Shown here in pieces: positions 49,501-61,859 of a stretch of 64,000 bases of DNA. The translations under genes and the position numbers were made by a program. The first letter of the stretch is position 1, and every line of letters starts with the position of its first letter. This DNA comes from Rhynchopus sp. YZ270_cl-10 (lineage: Eukaryota). The DNA is taken from assembly GCA_964035575.1 (NCBI GenBank), contig OZ037841.1, positions 620,001 to 684,000 of the forward strand. The letters run 5' to 3'. A model generated the notes under the pieces. That model was not told the DNA's origin. It ran no database searches and saw only the letters and a list, made by a program, of their open reading frames with translations.

Positions 49501-52379
49501 GGAGGAGAAGGTGTCACAGGAGCCGGAGTCGGTGGCGACGGTGTGACGGGCGCTGGTGTTGGTGGTGAAGATGTGATAGGTGCAGGTGTTGGAGGTGACG
49601 GTGTGGGTGGTGAAAGTGTTGGTGGACTAGGTGTCGGTGGTGTCGGTGTTGGAGGAGAAGGGGTCACGGGCGCCGGAGTCGGTGGCGACGGTGAAACGGG
49701 TGCCGGTGTGGGCGGTGAAGGCGTCGGTGGACTGGGTGTAGGAGGAGAAGGGGTCACAGGAGCCGGAGTCGGCGGTGAAAGGGTCGCCGGTGACGGTGTA
49801 GGTGGTGAAGGTGTGACGGGTGCAGGTGTTGGAGGTGACGGTGTGGGTGGTGAAAGTGTTGGTGGCGATGGTGTTGGTGGACTAGGTGTCGGTGGTGTCG
49901 GTGTTGGCGGTGAAGGTGTGACAGGTGCAGGTGTAGGAGGAGAAGGTGTCACAGGAGCCGGAGTCGGTGGCGACGGTGTGACGGGCGCTGGTGTTGGCGG
50001 TGAAGGTGTGATAGGTGCAGGTGTAGGAGGTGACGGTGTCGGTGGTGATGGAGTTGGCGGTGCGGGTGTTGGTGGACTGGGTGTCGGTGGCGCAGGAGTT
50101 GGAGGTGAAGGTGTCGGTGGCGATGGTGTTGGTGGTGAAGGAGTGGGTGGACTGGGTGTTGGAGGTGATGGTGTCGGTGGTGAGGGTGTTGGTGGCGCAG
50201 GAGTTGGCGGCGAAGGCGTCGGTGGACTGGGTGTTGGAGGTGACGGTGTGGGTGGCGACGGTGTCGGTGGTGAAGGTGTCGGTGGCGCGGGAGTGGGTGG
50301 CGAAGGCGTCGGTGGACTGGGTGTTGGTGGCGACGGTGTTGGTGGTGATGGTGTCGGTGGTGCAGGAGTTGGCGGCGAAGGCGTCGGTGGACTGGGTGTT
50401 GGAGGTGACGGTGTGGGTGGCGACGGTGTCGGTGGTGATGGTGTGGGTGGTGAAGGTGTCGGTGGCGAAGGCGTCGGTGGACTGGGTGTTGGTGGCGACG
50501 GTGTTGGTGGTGAAGGAGTTGGCGGCGAAGGCGTCGGTGGACTGGGTGTTGGGGGTGAAGGCGTCGGTGGACTGGGTGTTGGGGGTGAAGGCGTCGGTGG
50601 ACTGGGTGTTAGAGGTGACGGTGTGGGTGGCGACGGTGTCGGTGGTGATGGTGTGGGTGGTGAAGGTGTCGGTGGACTGGGTGTTGGTGGTGATGGTGTG
50701 GGTGGTGAAGGTGTCGGTGGCGAAGGCGTCGGTGGACTGGGTGTTGGTGGTGACGGTGTCGGTGGTGAAGGTGTTGGTGGACTGGGTGTTGGTGGTGACG
50801 GTGTCGGTGGTGAAGGTGTCGGTGGTGCAGGAGTTGGCGGCGAAGGCGTCGGTGGACTGGGTGTTGGTGGTGACGGTGTCGGTGGTGAAGGTGTTGGTGG
50901 ACTGGGTGTTGGGGGTGACGGTGTCGGTGGTGAAGGTGTCGGTGGTGCAGGAGTTGGCGGCGAAGGCGTCGGTGGACTGGGTGTCGGTGGCGACGGTGTT
51001 GGTGGTGAAGGTGTCGGTGGCGAAGGCGTCGGTGGACTGGGTGTTGGTGGTGACGGTGTCGGTGGTGAAGGTGTCGGTGGTGCAGGAGTTGGCGGCGAAG
51101 GCGTCGGTGGACTGGGTGTCGGTGGCGACGGTGTTGGTGGTGAAGGTGTCGGTGGCGCGGGAGTGGGTGGCGAAGGCGTCGGTGGACTGGGTGTCGGAGG
51201 TGACGGTGTCGGTGGCGATGGTGTTGGTGGACTGGGTGTTGGGGGTGACGGTGTAGGTGGTGAGGGTGTCGGTGGTGATGGAGTCGGCACCGCTGTGCCT
51301 GGTGGCAGTGTGGCTTGCGCCGCCATTTTGATGATGTCGATGATGTACGTTACGGACGTTGTGATCGCTACATAGGCCTCGCCGCTCTCTTGGCCGAGAA
51401 GCTTTGCTGTGCGGATGCCGGTTGGGCTTGTGTACTGGTCTGTGAGCACGATGATTGGGGTGACTGGGTCAACAACAACAAACATGTACACCGTTGTCAC
51501 TGTCGCCACCATCAAGGCGTCGCCATCGACCAAGGCGTGGATGACTTTGATGTCCGGGTTTGCGGGCAGGGACGACACCGCTAGCAGGTCCGACACTGTC
51601 ACTGCTAGGCCTGAATTGAACACAGCCTGCACACCGTCATACGAGGCAAGGAATGCACACCCCCCTGACGTCACAGCGTACCCCACCAACCCTGTGCCCA
51701 CTGGAAATGCCCCGGCTGCGAAGGGAATCAGATCCAATGTGTTTGGTGCAACGCCCTTTACGTAGACCACTGGCTGCGTCGCACCTGTGATGATGTCGAG
51801 GTTGCTGTACATCCCGAGGGGTGCGCACGCTACCCCTGTTGCGTGCCACTGCGCCACCCAAGGTGATGCTGCGGGACCGGACCAATCGAGGAGCGACAGC
51901 CTGCCGGTGTCTGTCATGGTTGCAACGTACTTGACACTCATCGCGCTGATGTGCGGGCAGGTACCAGCGTCGCCTGAGATGAGGTACGATGAGGTGACGA
52001 CAAAGAGGAGAGGAATAGGGGGCAGGCCGGCGGGGAAGTTCTGGTACCCCACCTGGTTGGCCTGCTTCAAGAAGATGAAGTCGTCTGTTGCGGCCAACCC
52101 GATTGAGTTGTGTACGAGCGTCATATCCCTTGTGGGGCCGACGATTGTGGCCCAGCCTGCAGTGAAATGGTACTGTGCGGTACCTACCGTGTCCCCAGCA
52201 GCCACAACCTGCCGTGCACCCGCACCCGATGCCAAGAAGATCGGATCAAAACGCTCGGTCGGCGAAAGATCCAGCGACTCCGTGAACTCCAGCACTGCAG
52301 CCATGCATGTCCCCTGATACGACGCACACAGCACCACAGCTAACAGAACACCTGAAGAAGACCTGCCTCGCAAAGACAT
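46542..52379 (-). CDS. Large surface protein: signal peptide, beta-rich ectodomain, long (PTPSP)n / TxAPL stalk, multipass TM domain, cytoplasmic tail (about 1945 aa)
   Basis: Uninterrupted ORF; hydrophobic leader after MSLRG; repeats vary at synonymous positions; several C-terminal hydrophobic helices. Confidence 0.88.
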   Translation of the reverse strand: MSLRGRSSSGVLLAVVLCASYQGTCMAAVLEFTESLDLSPTERFDPIFLASGAGARQVVAAGDTVGTAQYHFTAGWATIVGPTRDMTLVHNSIGLAATDDFIFLKQANQVGYQNFPAGLPPIPLLFVVTSSYLISGDAGTCPHISAMSVKYVATMTDTGRLSLLDWSGPAASPWVAQWHATGVACAPLGMYSNLDIITGATQPVVYVKGVAPNTLDLIPFAAGAFPVGTGLVGYAVTSGGCAFLASYDGVQAVFNSGLAVTVSDLLAVSSLPANPDIKVIHALVDGDALMVATVTTVYMFVVVDPVTPIIVLTDQYTSPTGIRTAKLLGQESGEAYVAITTSVTYIIDIIKMAAQATLPPGTAVPTPSPPTPSPPTPSPPTPSPPTPSPPTPSPPTPSPPTPSPPTPAPPTPSPPTPSPPTPSPPTPSPPTPAPPTPSPPTPSPPTPSPPTPSPPTPSPPTPSPPTPSPPTPSPPTPAPPTPSPPTPSPPTPSPPTPSPPTPSPPTPSPPTPSPPTPAPPTPSPPTPSPPTPSPPTPSPPTPSPPTPSPPTPSPPTPSPPTPSPPTPSPPTPSPPTPSPPTPSPPTPSPLTPSPPTPSPPTPSPPTPSPPTPSPPTPSPPTPSPPTPSPPTPSPPTPSPPTPSPPTPSPPTPSPPTPSPPTPSPPTPSPPTPAPPTPSPPTPSPPTPSPPTPSPPTPAPPTPSPPTPSPPTPSPPTPSPPTPSPPTPAPPTPSPPTPSPPTPSPPTPSPPTPSPPTPSPPTPAPPTPSPPTPAPPTPSPPTPSPPTPAPITPSPPTPAPVTPSPPTPAPVTPSPPTPAPVTPSPPTPTPPTPSPPTPSPPTLSPPTPSPPTPAPVTPSPPTPSPATLSPPTPAPVTPSPPTPSPPTPSPPTPAPVSPSPPTPAPVTPSPPTPTPPTPSPPTLSPPTPSPPTPAPITSSPPTPAPVTPSPPTPAPVTPSPPTPSPPTPAPPTPSPPTPSPLTPSPPTPSPVTPAPITPSPPTPAPVTPSPPTPAPVTPSPPTPAPVTPSPPTPTPATLSPPTPAPVTFSPPTPAPATPAPVTPSPPTASPPTPSPVTPSPPTPSPPTSSPPTPSPPTPSPVTPSPPTPSPPTPSPLTPVTDSPPTPAPLTPSPPTPSPPTSTPPTSAPPTSAPPTSASLTSSPLTDAPATSAPLTTAPLTQSPLTTAPLTPAPLTETPSTDAPATPAPLTTAPLTPTPLTESPLTTTPLTDAPATAAPLTTAPLTAVPLTPAPLTLSPLTNAPATSAPLTTAPLTQSPLTPPPLTLSPFTDTPATRAPLTTAPLTQSPATVQPETPLPTSAPTLPPLARTVSPDLLRATFTPRSTSAPPRNTATEVPQTPPPPPTTGTPQTDAPPTVSGTYTPRARTVAPKVAVSFVPDTAVPAPSPAPPSSASPASLDGAAAINRYAAVDEEDHGTEDVVVVVAGIEGLVSILSGGTTSTAAMRLSLVAHRCIVGLPEGRRLSRTMHPTGIMLNGSEVAGAVLGNVALLAGFALLCLSAHQIVSFVGRVVKPDYFEKADVQGMLRLPSAPLFVFNVLFQGTSLAAMWMMMEWQGVVAVLVAGAVVLSVCVVVPFAIMKRLVAFVPDKATYYVVAPQRRMVEFCLGPGEWANASEGKMWVQRYSCVMLCFAQSTVWFGVLELVASFAVSAMHATFPQSHIGCGHMRVSQSLVFLTLGALEGCLAPHARQRDVATFVLLYAVQAFAMLLEAAGHYLEDTDHIVYRAGGKLLLVCAVLLALKLVADVVSELYILVTGRRSGAQADLLAANELSLLENEAAEEYSYSELGVLGDTQPAGSGMLTPRSVSIGNAEGEVLGAYTMPVFLSTPNSLHAVSPRNGASPLSPKVRSNSTANSAANTSFAESVLGRSSQAYTPKGRAAGRVRSSLSESPRRRNTGGSDMSLVNLGRASANGSLGSNPGGEYALSV

Positions 52380-54088
52380 TGAACCGTGCCCTTCACACAA
52401 AATGAACCCGCCACTTTGCGGCGAAGCGGTGCTAATGTGAAAAAGTTGTGTCAAAATAGGGATGAACGGTTGTGTGGAAAAAAAAAACTCTTTTTCAAAA
52501 AACGGAGAAAATGTGTATTAAAAAGAGCAATCTGTGTGCGGCAGGTAGGGGGAAGAGGGTTAGGTGGGGAGAGAAGGCCTCTAAAAAAAAATATTCACCA
52601 TCATCAGAATTTGTGCTGCATCGTGGGTTTTGTCCATAGAGATGGGGGGGTTTCAGAACTGCTTGGTTTCGCATTGGTAAAATCTTAACGATCTTAACAT
52701 TTTACATGACAGTGAAATAAATGACTTGAGTGGTTTTACTGTGTGGTTTCCCCGTTAGCTTACGGTGAACCCACAAATCAACATTCAACTCATTTTTTCA
52801 CCTGAACAAAAAAATGGATTCTCTCAGATCACTTTGTTGGTTTACTGCCTGGGAAGGAGTAACTCGGACTGTGGGGCTCTTCTTAATTCTTCGGAATCAT
52901 GAAAAACCACTGTCCAGCGGGATCAAATACAAAGCGCTGTTATTACCAATAGTGTGGAAGAGAGATATACACAGGAAGGAGAGAAAAGTTTGCATAAATT
53001 ATTTCATATACTATCTATTCTACTGAACAGAAGGTATAACAGGGTGTGCACTAAATGTACCCCAAACTTTGTATAAAAGTATTTTCATGTATACAAGTAT
53101 AAAAAAAAATTAGTGCTGACACCCCCCGAGGATCCGTTGCACCATGTTTTTTGTTGGTATATGAGAACACAGAAAAATCGCAAAGAGAAGAAGACATAGA
53201 ATAACCAAATACCATAACAAAAGGAGAAGAAGAAGAAGAAGGAGAAGTTTATGAGATGAACCTAATCTGCTCTGTGCTTAGTCACCTTATCCGAGAAAAT
53301 GTGCAGAGAAAAAGAGAGGAAAAAAAAACAGTAACATGACCTAAGCTTAATCACCTCACTAAAGATGAAAAAAGCAAAAGTGTGTGTGTGTTTGATTAAC
53401 TAATAGGGGTAATTCTTGCGCAGAATATGGTCCCAAGTTGTGTGTGTGTGTATTGCAAAAGTAAGAAGTCGGGTTGTTCTTTATTTTTGCAAAAATTTGT
53501 AAAATGGCAACCGAAAAGTTCGCTTTCGGGTTTCGCCATTCTGCTTTCTTTCGCTGTTTTTCACTTTTTGTGAATGGGAAATTTTTCGCATTCACAAAAG
53601 TGAAATAAAGTGAAATAAAAATAGGAGGGAAAAAGAGGGAGAGAGAGAGAAGTTGAAAGTCAGGCGCTATCCTAAATCGGGAATTTTTTTTTTTTTGGGA
53701 AAATTTCAAAAAGCGGATCCAGAATATTTTTCCGAAAAAAAAAAACCACGATACAATCAGCCTGTCTCACAACGGTCTAAAACCCTCCCGCTGAGAAAAA
53801 AAAAAAACTTTATTTTCACATTTTTTCGCGACGTAAAGAAATATAAATTTTGATTTGAAATGAAGACCTTATGAAAAGGAGTGTCTATCCAATCCAGAAG
53901 TCAGGGGAAAAAAACCCCCTCGGTAAAAAAAGCGGATCCAGAATATAGATTAGATTCTAGCCTGGAAAGTGCAACAAAAACAAAAAAAACAAAAAATCTT
54001 CGGGAAACGCAGGGGAGTTTAAAATATCGGTTTACCGGTTTCAAAAACCGAAAAATTCGGTTTGAGGATTTTGAAAAAAAAAAAAAAA

Positions 54089-55334
54089 CCTCCCCAAGGT
54101 CGACATCCGGCCCTACGTGGCTGGCTTCAAGAAGGGCACGCAGACGGACGCAGAGGCGAGAAGCTTGACAGAGCAGACCATCGCAGAGCTGCCACCAGCG
54201 GACCTTCACGTCTATACAGACGGGTCGGTGGAAGGCGGACGAGGCCACGGGGGTGCAGGCATTGTGGTCTACCCGGGAGACAGCGACAAAGAAATAGCGA
54301 CAGCCAACGTCGGAGCAGGGCGGATGAGCATATCGTACACCGCCGAGCTGGTGGCCATCAGAGAGGCACTTCCGATGGTGGAGGAACTGCACCGCACAGA
54401 CCACAAACACAACACGGTGGTAATCCTCACAGACAGCCAGTCAGCACTACGTGCGTTGGAGACAGGTCCGGTGAAGGCTACGGGACTTCTCTGCGACGTG
54501 TGGTCGGCACTACACCGGGCTACAACCAAGGTGCGGGTGATCATGCAGTACATCCCGTCACATGTGGGGGTGAGTGGAAATGAGGAAGCGGACCACGAAG
54601 CCAAGTTAGGTACGGCCACGTACCAAGCAGAACGGGCATCACAAAAAGGCCGCCTACAAGAGGAACCACTCACGCTCCTCGCGTGCAAAGCGGCGATACG
54701 CGCAGTCTGCTCCAGCTACACACCCCAACCGGCGAGCGAACTCTACAGCACGATCACGGCGGACACCCCGAAGGGAGTGGCGCGACCCAAGCTGAGCACA
54801 CCGGAGCTCACGCGGCGGGGAGCAGTGCAGATGAGACTGCTGCGGACAGAGCGCCACCCTGCGCTGTTCGACTACATGGGCAGCAACGACGTGGCACGCT
54901 GCAACAACTGCACGGCAAAAGCAAAGGCGACACTGAAACATATGTTCAAAGTGTGTTCAGCCACCAAGGCACTAAGGACAGACCTACTGCCAAACAAGTC
55001 GCTCAAGTTCTTACTGCTAGAGCAACCCCAGTTGTGCCTGAAGTACATCAGCGCGGCAAAACTGACAGAGGCCAGCCTGCCTGAACTCGTGCGGAGCAAC
55101 ACCTGCTGAGGAGACGCCGGCCAAAACTTGAAACAATAAAGAAAAGAGAAAAAAAAACCACGAACAAAAAGCAAGCCCAGGACGTACCTGCGGCACCACG
55201 ACCAGCGCAACTGACGGTTGCGAAGACAAAACATGTGCGGAACGCCGTCTTCTACGAAGACGTGTGTTACACTTTCAAACATACTTTTTACTTTTCAAAA
55301 AAAAAACAATAAAAAAACAAAAAAAAATCAAAAA

Positions 55335-55365
<31 letters not shown>

Positions 55366-55378
55366 AAAAAAAACAAAT
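54089..55378 (+). mobile_element. 5'-truncated non-LTR retrotransposon (RNase H-bearing, Ingi/I-like); ORF remnant 54090-55109
   Basis: RNase H motifs YTDGS, AELVAI, LTDSQS, PSHVGVSGNEEAD; CxxC..H..C knuckle; abrupt start after an A-run; 3' UTR and long A-rich tail. Confidence 0.88.
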
Positions 55379-57903
55379 CATTGCTTTTCCTTTTAATTTA
55401 TAAAGTGCCCAGGCCCCGGGGGGCTTGGGTGCACTTTATAAATTTTTTTTTTATCATATTTTCTTTTTCCTTTTGACTCCGTGGTTAACCTCGTGTGAGG
55501 TTGCGCGGAGTTCGCAGTCAGGCCAGGGAGCCACGTAACAAGGCTCGACTGCCACATAGTGGGGGGAGATCTGTGCAGCCTGTATGTTCCCCCCGATTTT
55601 CGTGGTAAATGGGGAGGCGCTTCCGTTTAACGGCAACCCACAAGAGTAGAACAACAACCAAACTTTTGAGAAACAGACGCCAATGAGACCTAGAGTCTCT
55701 CTTCTTACTTGTGTGCTACAGACAAACATGACAACGCTAACCACGACTGCCACGGCAGAGCGGGGTCCCAAACGGTTCACTGGGGGGGATCCACATAGAT
55801 ACAGAAAACAAAAAATACGAAAGCAAGGAAGAAAACCAGTAAAAAAAAAAAAAAAAAAAAAAAGCTATGGAAAATCTGGATTTTTGAAAAAAAAAATTTT
55901 TCCTCGTAACAGGGTTTCTGGCCAGAAAAATCCTGTTTTTGCAGATAATGTGACCCCACCATTTGACGGACGGAGCTCGGAGAAGCCAAACATGAGTGAG
56001 AGAGGAAGGGGGAAGTGAGGCCCTGGGATAACCCCATCCCTCAAAAATTCCTTAACACTCTGTGTTAAGGTTTTTAAGGTTGCTTTTGCTACGCACCCTG
56101 TACCTACACCCCCATACGGGGTCCACCAAAAATCGACATTTCACGCAGAGGCACTAAAGTGTAAGATTTTTTCGGCGTTGGAAAGATTGGGCCAAAAAAA
56201 TGAGGTATTTAGAATACAGTTTTCTGAGAGATTTGTTTCTAATTCCTATTTTCGTGTCGCGAGTTTACGTGGGAAACGCTTTAAAAACGTGCGTTCCTTA
56301 AGGCAAAACGGGCGTTTTTCACCGAAAACCACGAGTTTCAGCCCAAAACCCGGTTTTTTGGGCCCAGACCCGTGTATGTGGCGCCGGAAACGCACTTGCG
56401 GGGTACCGAAGGTGGGCTGCGGTTTGTAACCACTCGTTGCGTTGCTTGGGTTCCGTTCAATGCATTCAGATCGGTTGCGTTGTGTTGGATGCGTTCGTTG
56501 CGTTCTGTTCGTGGGTGCCTGTTCGTTTCTGTTCAGATCTTTGCGTACATCAACCACCATCAAGAGGGAGCGTTAATGATCAGCAAAACTAAATTCTTGC
56601 TATTTACAACCCGCCTCAAAAATTCACTTTTTGTAAGAAAATTTTTAAAAAAGGAACAGAAATCGAAAAAAGTTGTTAAGGGATGAAGGGTGGGGGGTGG
56701 GGCCCGTGGGGGGGCGAGAAAGCTCGGAATTCGCTTTTTTTTGCCCAAACCGATTTTTTACCTCAAACCGATTTTTTTGAAAAAAATCCAAACTTTTAAA
56801 CTCCCCTGGGGAAACGAGAGCAAAAAAAAAAAAAAGGAAAATCGGAAGAAAAGAGGAGTTGAAACGTGCTAAAACGCATCTCAGTCGAGATGCAAGAAAA
56901 TAGAAATCAGGCACTCCGCTAGGTACTAAAGTTCTGTTGATTGTCAACAGAACTTTTTGAAAATGGGAAAAAAAAAAAAAAAAAAAAAAAGTTCTGCTGA
57001 GTGGTTCAGACCCGTTCTACCTGTCAAAAAAGCTCAGGAGAAGAAGATATGGAGAGGTGAGTGCTCAAACGTCCCAAAAAAGTCAAAATCGGGCGTTGAA
57101 AAAAAAAAAAGTTGCGTACCGTGCGCCTGCGGCGCAAGCATGTACCCCACCACGTGGACCATCAACAGAACATTTTCAAAATCGGAAATCCTAGCGGAGA
57201 GCCTGATAGAAATAGCGAAAAAAAAAAAAAAAAATATCCTTTCGGAAAGTATTTTCCGGGAAACAAATAACCACCCCCTTCGGGACAACCCTTGAAACAT
57301 TCATGCAGCAAAGTGCATGACAGAGGTGTTGCTGTCGTTCACAGGAGTGTTGTAATCGACCATGCCCTCAGGAGGAACAGCGCGATGGCCTCTTTTTTTG
57401 CAACGGCTCAGTGCAGGCAGGACCACTACTGGCCAGAGGCCTTCTTGAACTAAACTGAAATGGGGATGAGGAGATAAAAACGTCAATAAAATGGGGAAAG
57501 CCACAAAGCCACAAAAGCTTCGCAAAGGGGAGACTCAAAGGGCCGCCTAGGCACCGAGATTAAGTTCTGTTTCTCGCTCACCGAGTAAAAGAGGCACCAG
57601 TCGGATCGCAAGACCCGGCTAGTCCACACAGAACAACAGGTTCCGCCAGGGCTAGTGACAACAAAAAAAAAAGGGGAAAAAGAAGAAAAGATATCGCAAT
57701 TGGTCACCCCACCTAATATGGCAAATTGTAAATGAAAGGAAAGTGACGTTGACATGCAGACGCCCCCCCTGGGATGCGGGGCGCACTGAAAGAGAAAAAA
57801 GTGGAGAGATAAAAAGTTATGTATTCAGGATATAACCCTTTAAGGACCGTTCAGGTTTTTGGATTTTGGGGGTCAACTCTCCCCCGGCAGTAAAATATTA
57901 AGT

Positions 57904-59170
57904 TGGGGTGTTCCGGGGTGTGGAATTTTGGGCACGTTCACAAGTTTTCACAACTTTTCACAAGTTTTCACAAGTTTTCACAAGTTTTCACAACATAGTA
58001 TTTGCCATTTTTATGTGAAGAGTTGTGAAGAGTTGTGAAGAGTTGTGAATTGAAATGAAAATTTGGATGAAAAAAACACAGATGTTGTGAAGAGTTGTGA
58101 AGAGTTGTGAATTGGATTAAAAAAAAGGGGGGCTTTTTTTCCAGGGTTTTTTGCAGGACTGGTCAGGTCAAGTGTGCTGTGCACAGGGCTAGCTAGCGTG
58201 GGTCCGTGGGTCAAGTTGGCCGTACCACCCCACCCCCTGTGCGAGGAGGACGACGGAAGTCCGCGGCTAGTTCGCTTGTTGTCTTTTTTTTTCAACATGT
58301 TCGCAACTCATAAAAAAGTAGCGTACCGTGCGCCTGCGGCGCAGCTAAAAATTCCGAGTGGTAGCCCGCAGGTCTACCCGAAATGTTGCGCACCTTGGCT
58401 TCGCCAGAAAAGTTTTGGTGCTATTTTTGCCAGGGGGTACCTGTTTTGCTTGCTCTGAGCTGGGGTCTAAACGGGTGACTATACTAGATACGACGACACC
58501 CACTTCGAAAAGTGGGTGATCCCTTGCTGCTGTCCCCAGTTTTTGTCAGAGGGGAAAGAAGGTTTCAACGCTCCCAAGGCCCACCCACAAGACCTGTCAA
58601 CTCCCTTGGGTCGAGAGCCTCCAGGGCCCTCCTCATAGTTTGGAGAGCTTGACGAGTGCTCCTCGTTTAGTGTTGAAGCCAAACCGGATTTTGGGGACAA
58701 TTTTATCCGAAAATGGCCCCACCTATTAATGACCGGGCTCATATTTTCCAAAAATTTAAGTGGTCATAAAATTGTCCAATTTTCAACATTGACCCCACCA
58801 CTGCACGGGCGGATCCCAAAAATGCAAACCGATTAAAAAGTTGAAAAAAAAACCTAAAAACACGTGGCCCGAAAGGGCCCAAATTGTCGGGTCAGCCACA
58901 CCGTTTTAAGCACTTTTTGCACACAGAACCGCCTGTGTTTCCAAACAACGTCCGCCAAGGTGCCCTGTACCTACCTGGGTAGGTGGGTGCCCAGGCACCA
59001 CCCAGACCTCGCCACGTCACAACTGTTCACAACTGTTCACAACTGTTCACAACTTTTCACAACTTTTCACAACTCTTCACACGCACTTTTTTGTGAAGAG
59101 TTGTGAAAAGTTGTGAAGAGTTGTGAATTGAAATGAAAATTCCCAAAATTCCATACCCCGGAACACCCCA
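57904..59170. mobile_element. Nested TIR element within the piggyBac relic
   Basis: TIR TGGGGTGTTCCGGGGT(G/A)TGGAATTTTGGG; 5-bp flanks TAAGT; 10-mer TTCACAA(G/C)TT subterminal arrays. Confidence 0.8.
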
Positions 59171-59499
59171 TAAGTGATAATTTTTTTTGACCAAATCTGG
59201 CGGCATTTGAAAGATTTTGCACAAATCTTTCCAACGGAATCAAAAAATCGAAAAATCGAAAATCATCTATTTTTTTAGAGTGGCGCGAGACTTTTATTTT
59301 TGAGATTTTTTCTGAACAAAAAAATTTTTTGATAAACCCCCCGACATTATTTCAACTCGAAAACGGCGTATTTTGAAAGATCTGTTCAAAATCTTTGAAA
59401 ATAAAAAAAAAATTCGATAAGAAAGTCGGAGTAGAAATTTTCTGAAACAGCTGAACAAGGTTAGCAGCTATATTGAAATACATGAGTTGTTAAATATTT

Positions 59500-59885
59500 G
59501 CCTTAAACACGTGTTTATCTGTAAGAAACAGTACAAAAAGTGATCAAACCTCTTCCCCTTCCTCACCTTCCTTCTCTTTGGAGCTTCTGGAGTATCCGGA
59601 AGCGTCACAAAAAGCGATGACCGTGTTCCCAGCATTGCCGATGCTCGCGTTGTCCACCTGTTCTCAGCAATAAGCTGCTTCGCCAGTTCACACTTGAACA
59701 CACTAAGCGACACCTTCTGTTGCTGAGAGCGTTGCAGAGGGAGAAAGCATTCTGCGCGGACTCCAAGAAATACCAAAACACTTTCGGTACCAAACTTTAG
59801 TCTTGAAGTCCCGGCAGGCCAGCGCCATGCGCTGGTCCGACCGATCGATCCCTCCCATGTGGGAGTTGAAGACATGTCGAAGACA
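59500..59885 (-). pseudogene. piggyBac transposase C-terminal fragment (frameshifted)
   Basis: FNSHMGGIDRSDQ (59832-59870) then KTKVWYRK / VFWYFLESAQNAF / FKCELAKQLI, matching the piggyBac YNxxMGGVDxxDQ...W..K.F...NA pattern. Confidence 0.82.
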
Positions 59886-61828
59886 TTATCCGTGGGTAAT
59901 AATGGGAGAAATCCCAAAGTGAAATGGTACCTCTAACCCCTCCTGTTGATGAGGCTGGCATGGTATGTCAAAATAAATTTATTTTTGCTTCTTTGGAAAG
60001 ATTTGTCACAAAATCTTTCCAAAGAACCAAAATCAATTACAAATACGTAGTGGACACCCTCTAAAATTTTTTTGTGATTTGAAGTGCCTCCGATCCGTAA
60101 AAATCCGGAAAATCCCAACAAAAGTGAAATAGTGCCCCAAATCTCTCCTGCCGGTGATGGTGCTGGGGGGTGTCAAAAAAAATCAAAACTTGCGTATTTT
60201 GAAAGATTTGCAACAAATCTTTCCAAAGAAGAAAAAATCGATTTGAAATATGAAGTAGACATATTCTTAGGCATTTACGTGACCTTGAAGTGGCAATGGA
60301 TTGCCTATGGTCCTTAAAGGGATAACAACTGAATAAAAAAGAAAACAATGGTGTGGCACGCCCAGCAGCTTTTTTTTGTATATTTTTGAGCTACACGAAG
60401 TATATAAAATTGACTTAATTTATTGCGTGCTACACCAAACAAAGTCATCATATGCAATCAATAAATTGATAGTATATGAGGGATCAACAAAAATGTTCCC
60501 ATCTTTTCAAACAAAGAAAAAAGTTTGTTCGTTTATCGCTCTACAAATCTGATGTGGTTTTCGCTGTATATGGTGAGGGACGATAAAAACAAATACTCAC
60601 CGAAATACTCATCGGCGGACACAGCATAAATAATATGTGTTGGCCAGAACAAAGGGAATAGAGTGCTATGTGACATTCAGGGATGTATCTCACATTCTTT
60701 TTGTCGTTAATTTTAGACTATCACCTCAGAAACGAAACCATGTCAGATAAACACAATGCGCATCGTTAACAGAGGGTTTTGAGTAAGGGAATTGAAAGTT
60801 GTTTTTGTTTTTTTTTTTTTTGCTCTTTTTTTTTTGCTCTTTTTGAGAAGGGAATGCGGGGGAAAGAGGGGGGGGTGCTGATCGTACAACTCTCTAATGT
60901 GCTACGCTGAACTAAAGGGGATGAAAGAGACAAAAAAAAATGTTTAAAGACTGGAGAAAGGAACTTGATTTTTGTCCAAAATTTGTGTGAAGTTTAGTGG
61001 TGTTTAGTGGTATTTAAACGCCACCTACCTCCATCAAAAATTTCAGGCAAAATCAGGAAGGAAACAGAACAGATCAGACTGAAGCCCTCACTGTGATTCG
61101 TTACCTTGGAAAGTTGATGGGCGTGCAGACGCCTTTGGGATAGAGGCGTGCAAATAAAAAAAGTGAAGGACAAATTCATACGATTACTGTAGCAAAAACG
61201 GCATCAAAGAGTGTACCGTGTACTCCCTAGAAAATTAGTTTCATATTTTCAAATCAAAAAAAAAACAAATTGACAAAATAAAGTTCAGCTGAACCCTCAT
61301 ATGCACCAATAATAGGAGGCAGGGCGAGGACTCGGTAAAGACGAATGTACCTCCCAATATATTGCCCCTCCGCAACAGCTGGTGTTGTGTACGGGGTAAT
61401 TTGAGGGCATTGTACATTCCATTTTTTCTTTGAAAAATTAGTATTAGTGTAGACACCTCGAGGATGAGCTACACTATTTTTTTTTTTTTTTTTGCAATAT
61501 TCCTGGCTATTTTTGGCATGAGATCATCCCGGTTTTCTGCCGGTTGCTGTGATAGCTGGATTTGGGGGAGGGTTGGATGGGGTTACTATTTAGTTCTATT
61601 TTAAAGCATTGGCATTTAATGTAGACGGATTGAAGGGCGAATAGGTGCAACTTTTCTACTGAGAATCTTGAGGGGGGGAAAACACTGTAGACACACTAAT
61701 TAATAATGACCTGAAAGTACAAAAGCCCCTTCTCGTGAACAGTGTACCAAATGAATGATTTTGTTTGCTAAAAAACTGCGGGGGTTGAGTTATCGCTTCG
61801 CTCACGCGTGCTGTAGAATAGAGTACCT

Positions 61829-61859
<31 letters not shown>

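Larger units (their letters stand above)
57836..60321 (-). mobile_element. Defective piggyBac-like transposon
   Basis: 13-bp TIR CCCTTTAAGGACC; ATAA on both flanks; internal transposase remnant; repeated GAAAGATTTG..ACAAATCTTTCC palindromes. Confidence 0.88.

Noticed and set aside
47905..51375. 1156-aa Gly/Val-rich plus-strand ORF (also 28180-29274)
   Set aside because: Antisense shadow of the Pro/Thr stalk; the minus frame has the signal peptide and TM domain
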